Part shown: piece after piece, positions 54,086 through 64,000 of the stretch | Layout of the letters: the number at the start of each line of letters is the position of its first letter | How positions within the stretch are numbered: the first letter of the stretch is position 1 | From: Callorhinchus milii | Lineage: Eukaryota | Assembly: GCF_018977255.1 (NCBI RefSeq) | Contig: NW_024704743.1 | Location: 32,800,001-32,864,000 of the forward strand | Direction: 5' to 3' | DNA length: 64,000 bases | Notes under the pieces: model-generated | Seen by the model: the letters and a program-made list of their open reading frames with translations, nothing else | What the model was told of the DNA's origin: nothing | Databases searched by the model: none | Translations under genes and position numbers: made by a program

Positions 54086-54896
54086 ACACACACACACACA
54101 CACACAGAGTGAAACACACACACACACACACAGAGTGAAACACACACACACACACAGAGTGAAACACACACACACACACACAGAGTGAAACACACACACA
54201 CACACAGAGTGAAACACACACACACACACAGAGTGAAACACACACACACACACAGAGTGAAACACACACACACACACACACAGAATGAAACACACACACA
54301 CACAGAGTGAAACACACACACACACACAGAGTGAAACACACACACACACACACACACAGAGTGAAACACACACACACACAGAGTGAAACACACACACACA
54401 GTGAAACACACACACACACAGAGTGAAACACACACACACACACAGAGTGAAACACACACACACACACACACACAGAGTGAAACACACACACACACAGAGT
54501 GAAACACACACACACACAGAGTGAAACACACACACACACACACACACAGAGTGAAACACACACACACACAGAGTGAAACACACACACACACAGAGTGAAA
54601 CACACACACACACACACAGAGTGAAACACACACACACACAGAGTGAAACACACACACACACACAGAGTGAAACACACACACACACAGAATGAAACACACA
54701 CACACACACAGAGTGAAACACACACACACACAGAGTGAAACACACACACAGAGTGAAACACACACACACAGAGTGAAACACACACACACACAGAATGAAA
54801 CACACACACACACACACAGAGTGAAACACACACACACACAGAGTGAAACACACACACACACAGAGAGTGAAACACACACACACACACACACACAGA
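54086..54896. repeat. Compound micro/minisatellite [(CA)n GAGTGAAA] x ~33
   Basis: Directly visible. CA tract length varies, and three units carry GAATGAAA. Confidence 0.98.
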
Positions 54897-55204
54897 GACA
54901 GAGACACTCGCGCACAGAGAAACCGAGAGAGGCAGAGAACAAAAAACTGAGAGACAGACGTTCAGTCAGTCAGTCAGACAGACAGAGAGACAGAGAGAGA
55001 AGAGGGTTCAAGCCCCGCGCTGTTGTGTCAACACGCAACAAGTTTCGCACCGAATGGCTGCACATTTAAAAAAGCCTCTCTCCGGATCCGCGGCTCCGGG
55101 GGCAGCTCCAGCCGCGGCTTACTCTCTCCCCCCCACCACCCTCATTTCTACACGAATATTATTATCATCACCACCGCCGCCACCATCACCAGCAGTTGGC
55201 TCAC

Positions 55205-55276
55205 CTTGCTCTTCACTTCCACCGCCGCGTTGTCGCAGTACCTCAGGGAGGCGGATCTGCTGTAAGTTTTGCTCAT
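55205..55276 (-). CDS. PARD6G: Par-6 family cell polarity regulator gamma, coding exon 1 (MSKTYSRSASLRYCDNAAVEVKSK), start of PB1 domain
   Basis: Manual translation gives an ATG at 55276 with a purine at -3, 72 nt / 24 codons, ending in the Par-6 motif AVEVKSK. The donor is AAG|gtgagc (phase 0). The exon lies in a CpG island. Confidence 0.95.
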
Positions 55277-55277
55277 C

Positions 55278-55344
55278 CTCTCTCTCTCTCTCTCTCTCAC
55301 ACACGCGCGCGACCCCTTCTCTCTCTCTCTCTCTCTCCCTCTCT
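55278..55344. repeat. (CT)n/(CA)n microsatellites in the 5' UTR immediately before the PARD6G ATG
   Basis: Directly visible. Confidence 0.9.
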
Positions 55345-55794
55345 CACGCGGGGTATTCGCGCGACTTCAAACGGCCCCTAAAAAAAAACAAACCGCCGCG
55401 GGTTCTTTTATTCTCGCTCGTGCGTGTGTCCCCCCCCACCACCTCCTCCTCCCGCTCTTGAATTTGAACCCGGGCTCTGGAAGGACGGACCGTTACCTCT
55501 CCGCCCGGGGCTGGAGCGACTCGAACTACTCCCCCCCCCCTCTCTCCCCCCGGCCGGACGGACGGGCGGGCGGGCTCGCGCGCGCACGCACGCACCCGCT
55601 CCGCGCCTGCTCAGCGTCACCGGCGTGCTCTCGGACGCGATGACGCCATCGCGCACGGCTCCAACGCTCGCCGCGAACAATGGACGCGCTGCCCCCGACA
55701 CCGACACACCGCCCGCTCACCCGCCCGCCACCTGCAGGCGGCGCTGCGGTTGACCTCTCGCACCTCACGTGGACCGTGCAACCTGGAGGGCGGT

Positions 55795-56248
55795 GCAACT
55801 CGAGCTCAAGATCCTCATCCTCACCTACAAGGCTATTCACGGCCTTGCTCCCTCCTACCTCTCCGACCTACCATCCCCCTACCTACCTGCCCGTACCCTC
55901 CGTTCCTCTGGCTCCGGTCTGCTCCACGTCCCCCGCCCCAACCGCCCTACCATCGGTGGTCGGGCCTTCAGCCTCTCAGCCCCGAGGCTCTGGAATTCCA
56001 TCCCCCAGTGCCTTCGCCGCCTCCTCCCTTTCCTCCTTCAAGGCCGTTCTCAAGACCTTTCTCTTTGACCGTGCCTTCAGCTCCCCTCTCGACTCTCTAC
56101 CCCCTCCTCGCTCCCTCCCTTCCCTCCCCTCAACCTGACCATTTCCCCCCAATGCTCGGGTCCTGACCCAACTGTACAGCGCCTTGGGACGTCCTCCCAA
56201 CGTGAAAGGCGCTCTATAAATGGAATCTTGTTGTTGTTGTTGTTGTTG
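55795..56248 (+). mobile_element. L2 LINE 3' end directly upstream of and opposite to the PARD6G promoter
   Basis: LKILILTYKAIHGLAPSYLSDL..APRLWNSIP frame and a (TTG)n tail. Confidence 0.93.
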
Positions 56249-56479
56249 GAGGGGTGACCCTTATCTCTGAACCAAATCCTGGGACCCACATCAAAAGAAG
56301 AAGGGAAACCAAACTCGCCACAATTCCCGCCGCTCTCGGCCACTGGAGAGGAGTGTTGGGTTAATGGCCGCGTTTTATGAGGAGTGTATCCGTTGTGGCT
56401 CTTGCTCAGTTGGTTGCTGAACTCAAGGTGGGGCAAATTTGGCCCCAGAGACGCAATACCTCGAGGACCGTCCCCGGAA

Positions 56480-56830
56480 ATCGGGGATGTACGTCGCCCT
56501 AATCCTGATGCAGCACTGGAGGGGTGTTTCATTGTCGGAGGTGCCGTCCTTCGGATGAGATGTTAAACTGAGGTCCTGTCTGCCTGTTCGGGTGGACATT
56601 GAAGACCCCATACACGATTCGAAAAGAGAAGGGAGTTTCTCTGAGCATTCTGGCCAACAATCTCCAAATAAAATTGGTCACTCACTCCACGGCCGCTTGT
56701 GGGACATTGCTGTGCGCAAACTGGCTGCCGCGTCTCGGGCACAAAATGCTGTCAAACTAATTTTGACCCGGTAGGTGCTTTGAAAAGTCCTGGCGACGTG
56801 ATAAGGCGCTACATCAAATACATCAAAGAT
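56480..56830 (+). mobile_element. Deu-domain SINE, 5'-truncated, well-preserved core
   Basis: ggaggtgccgtccttcggatgagatgttaaactgaggtcc is the Deu core shared with AmnSINE1/SacSINE1-type elements (recalled consensus). Confidence 0.85.
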
Positions 56831-57069
56831 TACTGTTTTAACTCGATGAAAGTGAGTGAGCCTCGGTAGGTTTAACAGAAGCAAACAGAGTATGGTGCGC
56901 TCATAGTTAACAACTAGAACAGAAAACTCACATGATACAGAGGAACGTTTCAGATATTGTCGCTAAGCAAGTGTCATAGATCCATAGAAATTTACAAAAC
57001 AGAGGAAGCCCATTGTGTCTGTGCTGCCTCTTTGAAAGAACAATGAATCCATTCAGTCCCATTTACCTA

Positions 57070-57440
57070 AGTCCTGTACCTTAGTGGTTAGAGCCCTCAC
57101 CTCGCAAGCAACAGCACAGGGGTTCGATTCCCGAGCAGGGTGAAACGTTAGGCAAGTTTTCTTACTCCACATGCCTCTGCTTACTCAGCAGCAAGTAGGA
57201 ACCTGGTTGTTAATCGATTGCTGCATCGCTTTTCCGGGGGTAATAATACCTTCAAAAAAAATAAAATAGAAATAATTTGGTCACTCAATGCACGACTGTT
57301 TGTGGGACACTGATGTGCACAATTGGCTGCTGTGTTTTGCCCACAAAATATACAGTCAATTCACTTTGCAATGTACTCTGAGAAGCGCTTTGAGACGTGT
57401 GATAAGGCACTATATCAAATGCAAGGATTATTATTATTAC
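57070..57440 (+). mobile_element. CORE-type SINE inserted in a minus-strand CR1 tail (56975-57470)
   Basis: Head, core and tail are present. The CR1 tail cccatttacct resumes as acctgccttttcccc after the SINE. Confidence 0.88.
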
Positions 57441-57736
57441 CTGCCTTTTCCCCTTACCACTGCAGATTATTGCTGTAGATATCTATATAGTTCACATGAC
57501 AATATCAACAAAGCTTTTTTACTCTACACAGCATAGATTAAACAAAAAGGAAGTTTATCTACATTTTTTCCACCTGGGTCTAAATTTACTCTAATCAATT
57601 AGATATGGTAGATTAGAGTATTTCACCCACATGATACACAGTCATACCACTTTAAATGTATCCTGTGAAGCTCTTTGTCTTAATGAGGTGATAAATTGCT
57701 AAATCAAATGCAAGGATTAATATTATTACTCTATTT

Positions 57737-57899
57737 ATGCAGCTTTTCGAACATCTGGAATTTAACAAATTATTGAATTCATTCTTAACTTTGAAATAGA
57801 TTTTTCTCTACTTTTTAAAAGAATTTACAGAAATCTGGCTTCAAAAGTAAGCCTGGATTTAAGAATTTGGTAAATTCTGGATGCTTTAAAGTGCTGCAT
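57737..57899. mobile_element. Degenerate palindromic MITE-like element
   Basis: atgcagc..catctggaatttaacaaatt pairs with aatttggtaaattctggatg..gctgcat. A related palindrome lies at ~59585-59670. Confidence 0.6.
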
Positions 57900-57957
57900 C
57901 AACAGAGTAATCTAGATCCAGGTAGAATTTCTCCACACGCATTTACAGAAAGGATAA

Positions 57958-58558
57958 TATAATACAAAATTGCATTTGTAAAGCGCCTTTCAGGTGGAGA
58001 GGATGTCCCAAGGCACTGAAGGCGAGGACGAGATTTTGAACTCGATCCTCTGAGGGATGGGGAGCCAGTGGAGCCGGGCGAGGGTGGTTGTGATGGGTTC
58101 ATGGAGCCTGGGGCGGGAGAGGACATGAGCTGCAGAGTTCTGGATGATCTGCAGCTTTTGGAGTTGGGAAGGCCGACAAGCAGGGAGTTGGCGTGGTCAA
58201 GTCTGGTTGTAATGAAGGCATGTATGAGGGTCTCGGGGGCCAGAGGGTGAGACAGTGGTGGAGTCGGGCAATGTTGTGGAGGTGGGGGAAGGCAGAGCAG
58301 GTTGTGGCATGGATGTAGGGGAGAAAGAACAGTTGAGGGCCGAACAAGACGTCTGGGTTCCTGACTGGCTTGCTGAGGTGGAGTGTGCATCTATGGATGT
58401 TGATGCTTCCAGTGCCTAAAGTGTGGAGGTGCTGGTGTGAGCCAGTCAGGAGAGCCTTACTCTTGCTGATATGTAACTGTAGAAAGTCGGCTTTCATCCA
58501 GGACTTGATGACTGACGCGCACAATCTGTCAGGACATCGGTGGTCAGGGTCGAGGGTG
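57958..58558 (-). mobile_element. L2 LINE fragment with deletion
   Basis: IKSWMKADFLQL and ETLIHAFITTRLDHANSLLVGLP frames, with tail. Confidence 0.9.
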
Positions 58559-58989
58559 CAATGTAAAATACGGTAAAATGGTATTAATTGATATTTTCCT
58601 GTGGAATGTATTTTTTATTAGTTTTGAAGATTACTTGGTGTTACATTAGCAGACAACAAATCAAGTTTGCTGACTCTGTGACTGTAATTTGAGTGACAGC
58701 TTTAGAAGCTGCTGCATTCAGAACATGATCGTGCGAGCAGGGTTTTGCAACACATAAAACACAAAATAAGCCAGGGCTTGTCTGTTCACAGCAGGGTTGC
58801 TTTATGCCGTGGGTGCTATTGCCACAGTTGATTAGTGTCTACATCACGTGGTGAACAATTCAGTGTGGGTAACAAGGCTGAAGTTTTTTTTTAAAAAAGC
58901 AGCATTGTCGTTACGATTTGTCAAGGCCGATGAAGACAGGAAGGTTTACGGGAGCACTGACCACAGCCGCCCGCATCAATGCAACAGAG

Positions 58990-59398
58990 AAAGGCCCTCC
59001 AAGGCCTTGCTCCTTCCTACCTCTGTGACCTGCTAACCCTTTATCAACCTGTCTGCTCCATCCACTCAACAGGCTCCGGTCTGCTCCATGTCCCCCGCCC
59101 GGCCCACCCCACCATGGACGGTTGGGACATCAGCCTCTCTGTCCCCACCCTTTTGGAATTCCATCCCACATTCCCTTCGCCTCTCCCCCTACCTTGTCTC
59201 CTTCAAGGCACATCTCAAGATCCTCTCTTTGACCATGCCTTCGGCCACCCTCCTACCCTCCCTGCCCTCCACGCTCCCTTAACTCCCCCTCCCCTGCTCG
59301 GGTCCAAATCCGTGACTGTCCAGCGCATCCTCCCGATGATGTTGGGACATCCTCCCGATGAGAAAGCGCTATACAAATGTAATTTTGTATTGTATTGT
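58990..59398 (+). mobile_element. L2 LINE 3' end
   Basis: KALQGLAPSYLCDLL frame and a ttgta-type tail. Confidence 0.88.
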
Positions 59399-60767
59399 AA
59401 AGAAAATAAGTTTCAATGAGAAAGGAAAAGAAAAAAAAGAAAATAAGGTTATTACAGGTGAGATAATCTTCACCTACCTTGTGACAATGTAATTACCTGT
59501 AATTACCTTTTTTATTCTTGTAACTTGGCCAGGATTGCAAACATGGTGCTTGAAGCGACTTTTCCGTGGCAAATACATTTTGGAGAATTCTTAAATTCAG
59601 TCTTAATTATGAAGCCAGTTTTCTGTAAAACAAACCTACAGAAAACCTGTTTCAAAATTAATACTGAAGTCACCTACAAATGGTAACAAGTGGTAAAAAT
59701 AAATCCTTCTTGCTCACTCCCCAAAACCCTTAATATTCCTCCTCAAGCATCTATCTGATTCCCTTTTAAAAAGGTCAGGGCCTCTGTCTCAACCACAAAG
59801 ATGGAATGGTTATGTTCTTCTGATATGAAAGGTGCATATCAAATGCAAAATTTAATATTATTTTTATTGTTGTTGGTGTGACTTCTTACCTTAAGGTTTT
59901 TCTCATAATTTTTTGCCCCCAGTTTTATCCCTTTGTCCGCGGCTAAAAGCATCTGACTCCTTTTTCTTTCTTGTAGGGTTGGGTCTCACAGAGGGTAATT
60001 GTCCTGAGGTACATTGTCCAAGTGGCCATTGCAGGTTTGCGTAAGCCTCGACAAGTTTCAGTCTGAGAAACAAACAGGTTAGTGAGTTAATACAGTATTT
60101 TTTGAGGAATTTGGAAAGGGGGTATTGACAGTGGTAGTAAAATAGCACAGCTCGCCAATGTGCCCCCGGTATCTACTCGTAGCACAATTAGGTATTTTCT
60201 CAGAGCTACCCATTTTGCCACAGCCCTAGCAAACAAAAAAAGCTTAGAGATACCTTCCGGACTTTGTTCTCTACAGAAAATCTACATATCCTGCAGCCTT
60301 GGGACATCCTCATTACATGGAAGGTGTTATATAAATGCAATTGTTGTTCACTACCTGCTGTACAGATAGGATACACAGATAGGAAGTTGTGCCAGAACTG
60401 AGAGAAGTTGCAACACCGGTGAGAAACGACAAGTTGCCCCAAAGGCTTTGAATGACTGTATTGGGAAATGTAAATCACATTTCACAACCCACATGCATGA
60501 ACAACTGCCGACAGTCAGAGTCACCCATGTCTGAGGCCAAATTATGCAGAGGATCTGGAGCCCTTCCCTTGTCTCACGATATTGCAACACCGTTGTAATA
60601 TGAAACCTAGTGCCAGGGACCTGAGATCATTGCATTCTCTTCACTCTGTCTCCAATACTGACGCTGCTTAACAAATGTAAAGGTAGATCTATGTATTCCA
60701 TGCTCGGTGTGACGTTATCTATTGTAGCAATTTGCAAAGCTGAATATCACAAGATTCAGGTTGTCAC

Positions 60768-61185
60768 CTGGCTCAGTTGGTAACACTCTCGCCTCTGAGT
60801 CAGAAAGTTGTAGGTTCAAGCTCTACATTGGGATCACAATCTAGGCTAACACTCTAATACTGTGCTGCGGAAGCGCTTCATTGCTGGAGCTGCCGTCCTT
60901 CAGATGAGATTTTAAATCAAGGTCCCAACTACCTGTTAAGGTGGACGTTAAAAATCTGATAACACTATTCGAAAAGAGAAGGGAGTTTGTTTCTGCTGAT
61001 GTCCTGACTAACAATTCCCCAGATAAAATTGGTCATTCACTTCATCACTACATGCGGGTCATTGCTGTGCCATGATCACCTACAAAATACACATTCACTA
61101 CACTTTACAGTAATTCCTGTGAAGCCCTTTGAGAGAAACCAATGACATGACAAGACACTGTATCAAATGCAGGGATTATTATTTA
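60768..61185 (+). mobile_element. Deu-domain SINE, full length
   Basis: Head tggctcagttggtaacactctcgcctctgagtcagaaagttgtaggttcaag, Deu core and ATT tail. Confidence 0.87.
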
Positions 61186-62261
61186 TTCACACGAAACATG
61201 GTATGAAACATTAAAAACCACTAGGTGGCAGCCCGACTCAGCTTTTTATTTTTATTTTTGATGCAATAGATTTTTGCTTAAAAACTTGAAACGTATTTTT
61301 TTCAAAGGGCTAAAATCCATGCTTATCACAGCCCAGATTCCCCTGCACCCCACCTCCCAGAATCCAATCGAGATCTGGGGCCTAGCCAGAGGTTACGTTT
61401 GGATTCTTCATTCAATCCACAACCCCGTGCCTCGCAAACCTTTAATCAGGTTTCAGTCAATGACACGTTACCCTGGTTGGCTTACAGGCAGTGCAGGGAA
61501 TGAGATGGATCCACAATACCCTCACACCATAAACAATACTGATCTAATAGATGATATGACCATATCGAATTATCTGATGGATAATCTGAGTACGACAAGA
61601 AAATGCACACTTAACATTAGTTACCATAGCAGAATCCCGCATTTCCCCTCTAAAGGATCAAACTAAAATAAAAAACTACTTGTTAATATAAGGTTTATTG
61701 TTATTACTCCATAACTTTTCCCTGATTGATTAGGGATTTGCGGGGTTGAGGGAAGGTATTAGGTACACTTCTGCCCTGATGACTGTCCAGTGATTCCTGC
61801 TTGGAACATACAGGTGTTCGTTCAGCTGTTATGCAAGAACAGATTCAGTCTTGGCCGTGATGCCCTCTGCAGTCCAATAATCTGCTGATACTAACTGGTT
61901 GTTTCTGGCCTGCGTGAAGGTTCGCCTCTTGGGTGAGGTACTGGAGGGTGGTTGGCATCTGTGGAATTATGTGTTATATTACCAGCCAAAGCATTGAAGG
62001 TGCTGCTGGAGTCTAAACAGCTAAAACTGTGTAGCTTGTCATTGAAAACACTGTCTGGCAAGCTTCCTGCTGCTTGTTCAGCTCGGACCTCACTCTGAGA
62101 TGCTCCCCCACATAAAGGTCACTATGTAAATGCAGTTGTTGTTAGGAGTCTAAAAAATATTCCCCGAGAGCATTCACTAGCTACAGTCCAGATTTAGTTG
62201 AAACTGCTGTAATATGCAGAAGAATGATTTGCTGCTCTCTAGTGGCCTATAATAAAACTAA

Positions 62262-62552
62262 AGTTTTTGCTCAGCTGGGTATCTGGCACGTGCAGAAACC
62301 CATCACCATGCTTTGAAGTATCCAAACCAGACTGATAGTTGCATACATCTCACCTATACATGGAAAATCGTGTCTGGGATCCACACTCTCTCCCTGGAGG
62401 GATACACCCTGCTTACCTTATTCCAGAGAGTATTAGGTTGGCGGGCTAGCAAGAGTCAAGGCTTAGCAATCCCACCAGAGTGTGCGTTGGGATCCTGCTG
62501 GAGTTTGCCAATGAAAACACCAGCTGGCAAGCTTCCTGCTGCTTGTTCAGCT
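62262..62552 (-). repeat. Unclassified repeat family copy (another partial copy at ~61995-62085)
   Basis: Reverse complement of the 3815 / 7535 / 50530 copies. Confidence 0.75.
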
Positions 62553-62754
62553 AACACCACCCTACATACCTTTTAGGGTTTTGGCTTGCAGGGAACTGAG
62601 TGAGAAGAATTCACCACAGACTCTGCCACTGTCAAGCGCTCCGGGACGCTACACCGGGTGAAGGGCGCTATATAAATGCAAGTTATTGTTGTTGTATCTC
62701 ATTCTTGTTTGTAGGTGCACTTTGCTAATGCAAATTAGCTGCTGCCTTTGCACC

Positions 62755-63165
62755 TGGATAAAATTGATCATTCACTTTATGACTGTTTGTGGGACACTGT
62801 TATGTGTAAATTTGCTGCTGCGTTTGCCTACAAATGCACAGTCACTATATTTTACATTTAAATCTTGTGAAGCATTTTGAGATGTCTTGATGATGTTATA
62901 AATGCCAGTATCAAATGTATCAAATGCCAGGATTATTATTAAAACATTAATTTTATTCCAGAGTTCCACTATCTTGGTCCACCCCTCCCACCTCTCCTTT
63001 AAGGCATGTCTCAAAACATACCTCTTCGACCACGCTTTTGGTCAACCCTCCCCGCCCGCCTTGGTTCCCACCCACAGGTTGGGTGCCCATCCAGCACTGT
63101 GAAGCATTTTGTGACATTCCCCCTGATGTGAAACATGTCATATACATGTACATTGTACTGTAAAT
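62755..63165 (+). mobile_element. SINE 3' half followed by an L2 3' fragment
   Basis: SINE tail, then an SFKACLKTYLFDHAF frame. Confidence 0.75.
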
Positions 63166-64000
63166 GCCAAGGAATATTATAAATTGTACTGTACTCTGTA
63201 AAATACTTTGACATATTTACTATATGTGAAGACCTTGTTCATAAATTGTTATCCCTGCTATAGTGTGTGTGTGGGTGGGGGGAGCATGAGGAAAGGAAAG
63301 TGGTAGTAGATGACCACTCTGCAGTCAGAACTGGAGCCTATCCTCAGAGCAACTGCACATTGGTATCTTTCCCAATATGAACCTTCAGCTGCTGGTACAA
63401 TACTTATCTCCTGAGTGAGCCTGGCATCTAAGAGATATGTGGAAAGAACTGGAAAGCTGGGATTGACTTAAAATAACAAAGATAGCAGAGACCCAGATGT
63501 AAGAGATGGGAATGCCGCAGAGCGAGGGGTAGCAATGGCACAAACATGAGGTGTAGCAGTAACACAGACCTGATGGGCTGAGCTACCTGTGCTGGAAATG
63601 TCTGTGCTTTCTATTTTTCTGCCATTTACGTAACATAGAACTAAGTGCTGGCTACACACTGTTGATACTGTGCCTCAGGCTTCAAATTGCTGCAACACTG
63701 CACTTTGAGGGACCTTTATGAAAGGATGTATAAAATGCAAGGGAAAATCCACATCAGCTGTTACTGTGAGCCTGCCCTGGGGCATTAGAGGAAGTGCTGC
63801 TTTTACCTCCATAATGTAAAGTACAGATTGTTTGGAAAAGGGATGAGTATTTGGTGGGAACTGTTCTTTTCTCCAAATTATTTAATTGTCAGCCTGAAGG
63901 AGATGTTTTATCTTTACCCTTTGCAGAAGGAACAGCAGGTGTCTGGTAGCTGCATGCTATCTGGTGGTAGGAATGGTAGTGCTTTGTATCTTTTATTACC

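Larger units (their letters stand above)
54900..55800 (-). promoter_or_regulatory. CpG island / promoter and 5' UTR of PARD6G
   Basis: Dense CpG and high GC against a CpG-depleted background. Contains GC boxes (GGGCGG), TGACG half-sites (~55614-55648) and spans exon 1. Confidence 0.85.

Noticed and set aside
53808..55069. 300+ aa Cys/Val and His/Thr ORFs
   Set aside because: These are translations of the CA-based satellite.
55054..56166. Several GC-rich ORFs across the CpG island
   Set aside because: Such ORFs are expected in stop-poor GC-rich DNA or derive from L2, and none resembles a known protein.
59961..60082. Plus-strand acceptor (tttcttgtag) and donors overlapping the candidate minus-strand exon
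   Set aside because: There is no plus-strand gene context or partner exon, so it cannot be supported without RNA data.

Overview
This is eukaryotic, vertebrate genomic DNA. The repeat landscape (a dense tRNA-headed CORE-type SINE, Deu-domain SINEs, L2 and CR1 LINE fragments) suggests a cartilaginous fish, possibly a chimaera; that assignment is inference. The window holds one complete protein-coding gene, PARD6G (Par-6 gamma), on the minus strand. It has three coding exons (55205-55276, 37448-37670, 11822-12675; 1149 nt, 382 aa) with GT-AG introns of about 17.5 and 24.8 kb, a CpG-island promoter and a probable ~3 kb 3' UTR. Everything else is intron or intergenic DNA full of transposon relics, and almost all other ORF-track entries are spurious or decayed LINE frames. 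The most unusual items are: (1) a 31-bp hairpin-unit minisatellite arranged as two inverted arms around a 25-N gap (foldback-like element or misjoin); (2) a well-formed candidate exon 4.6 kb upstream of the ATG that would splice in frame to exon 2 and replace the PB1 N-terminus; (3) a compound (CA)n-GAGTGAAA array just inside intron 1; (4) two miR-219 seed matches in the 3' UTR; (5) an unclassified A-tailed repeat family with at least 6 copies. I cannot establish a new biological system from sequence alone. Exon coordinates are exact; repeat boundaries are approximate.
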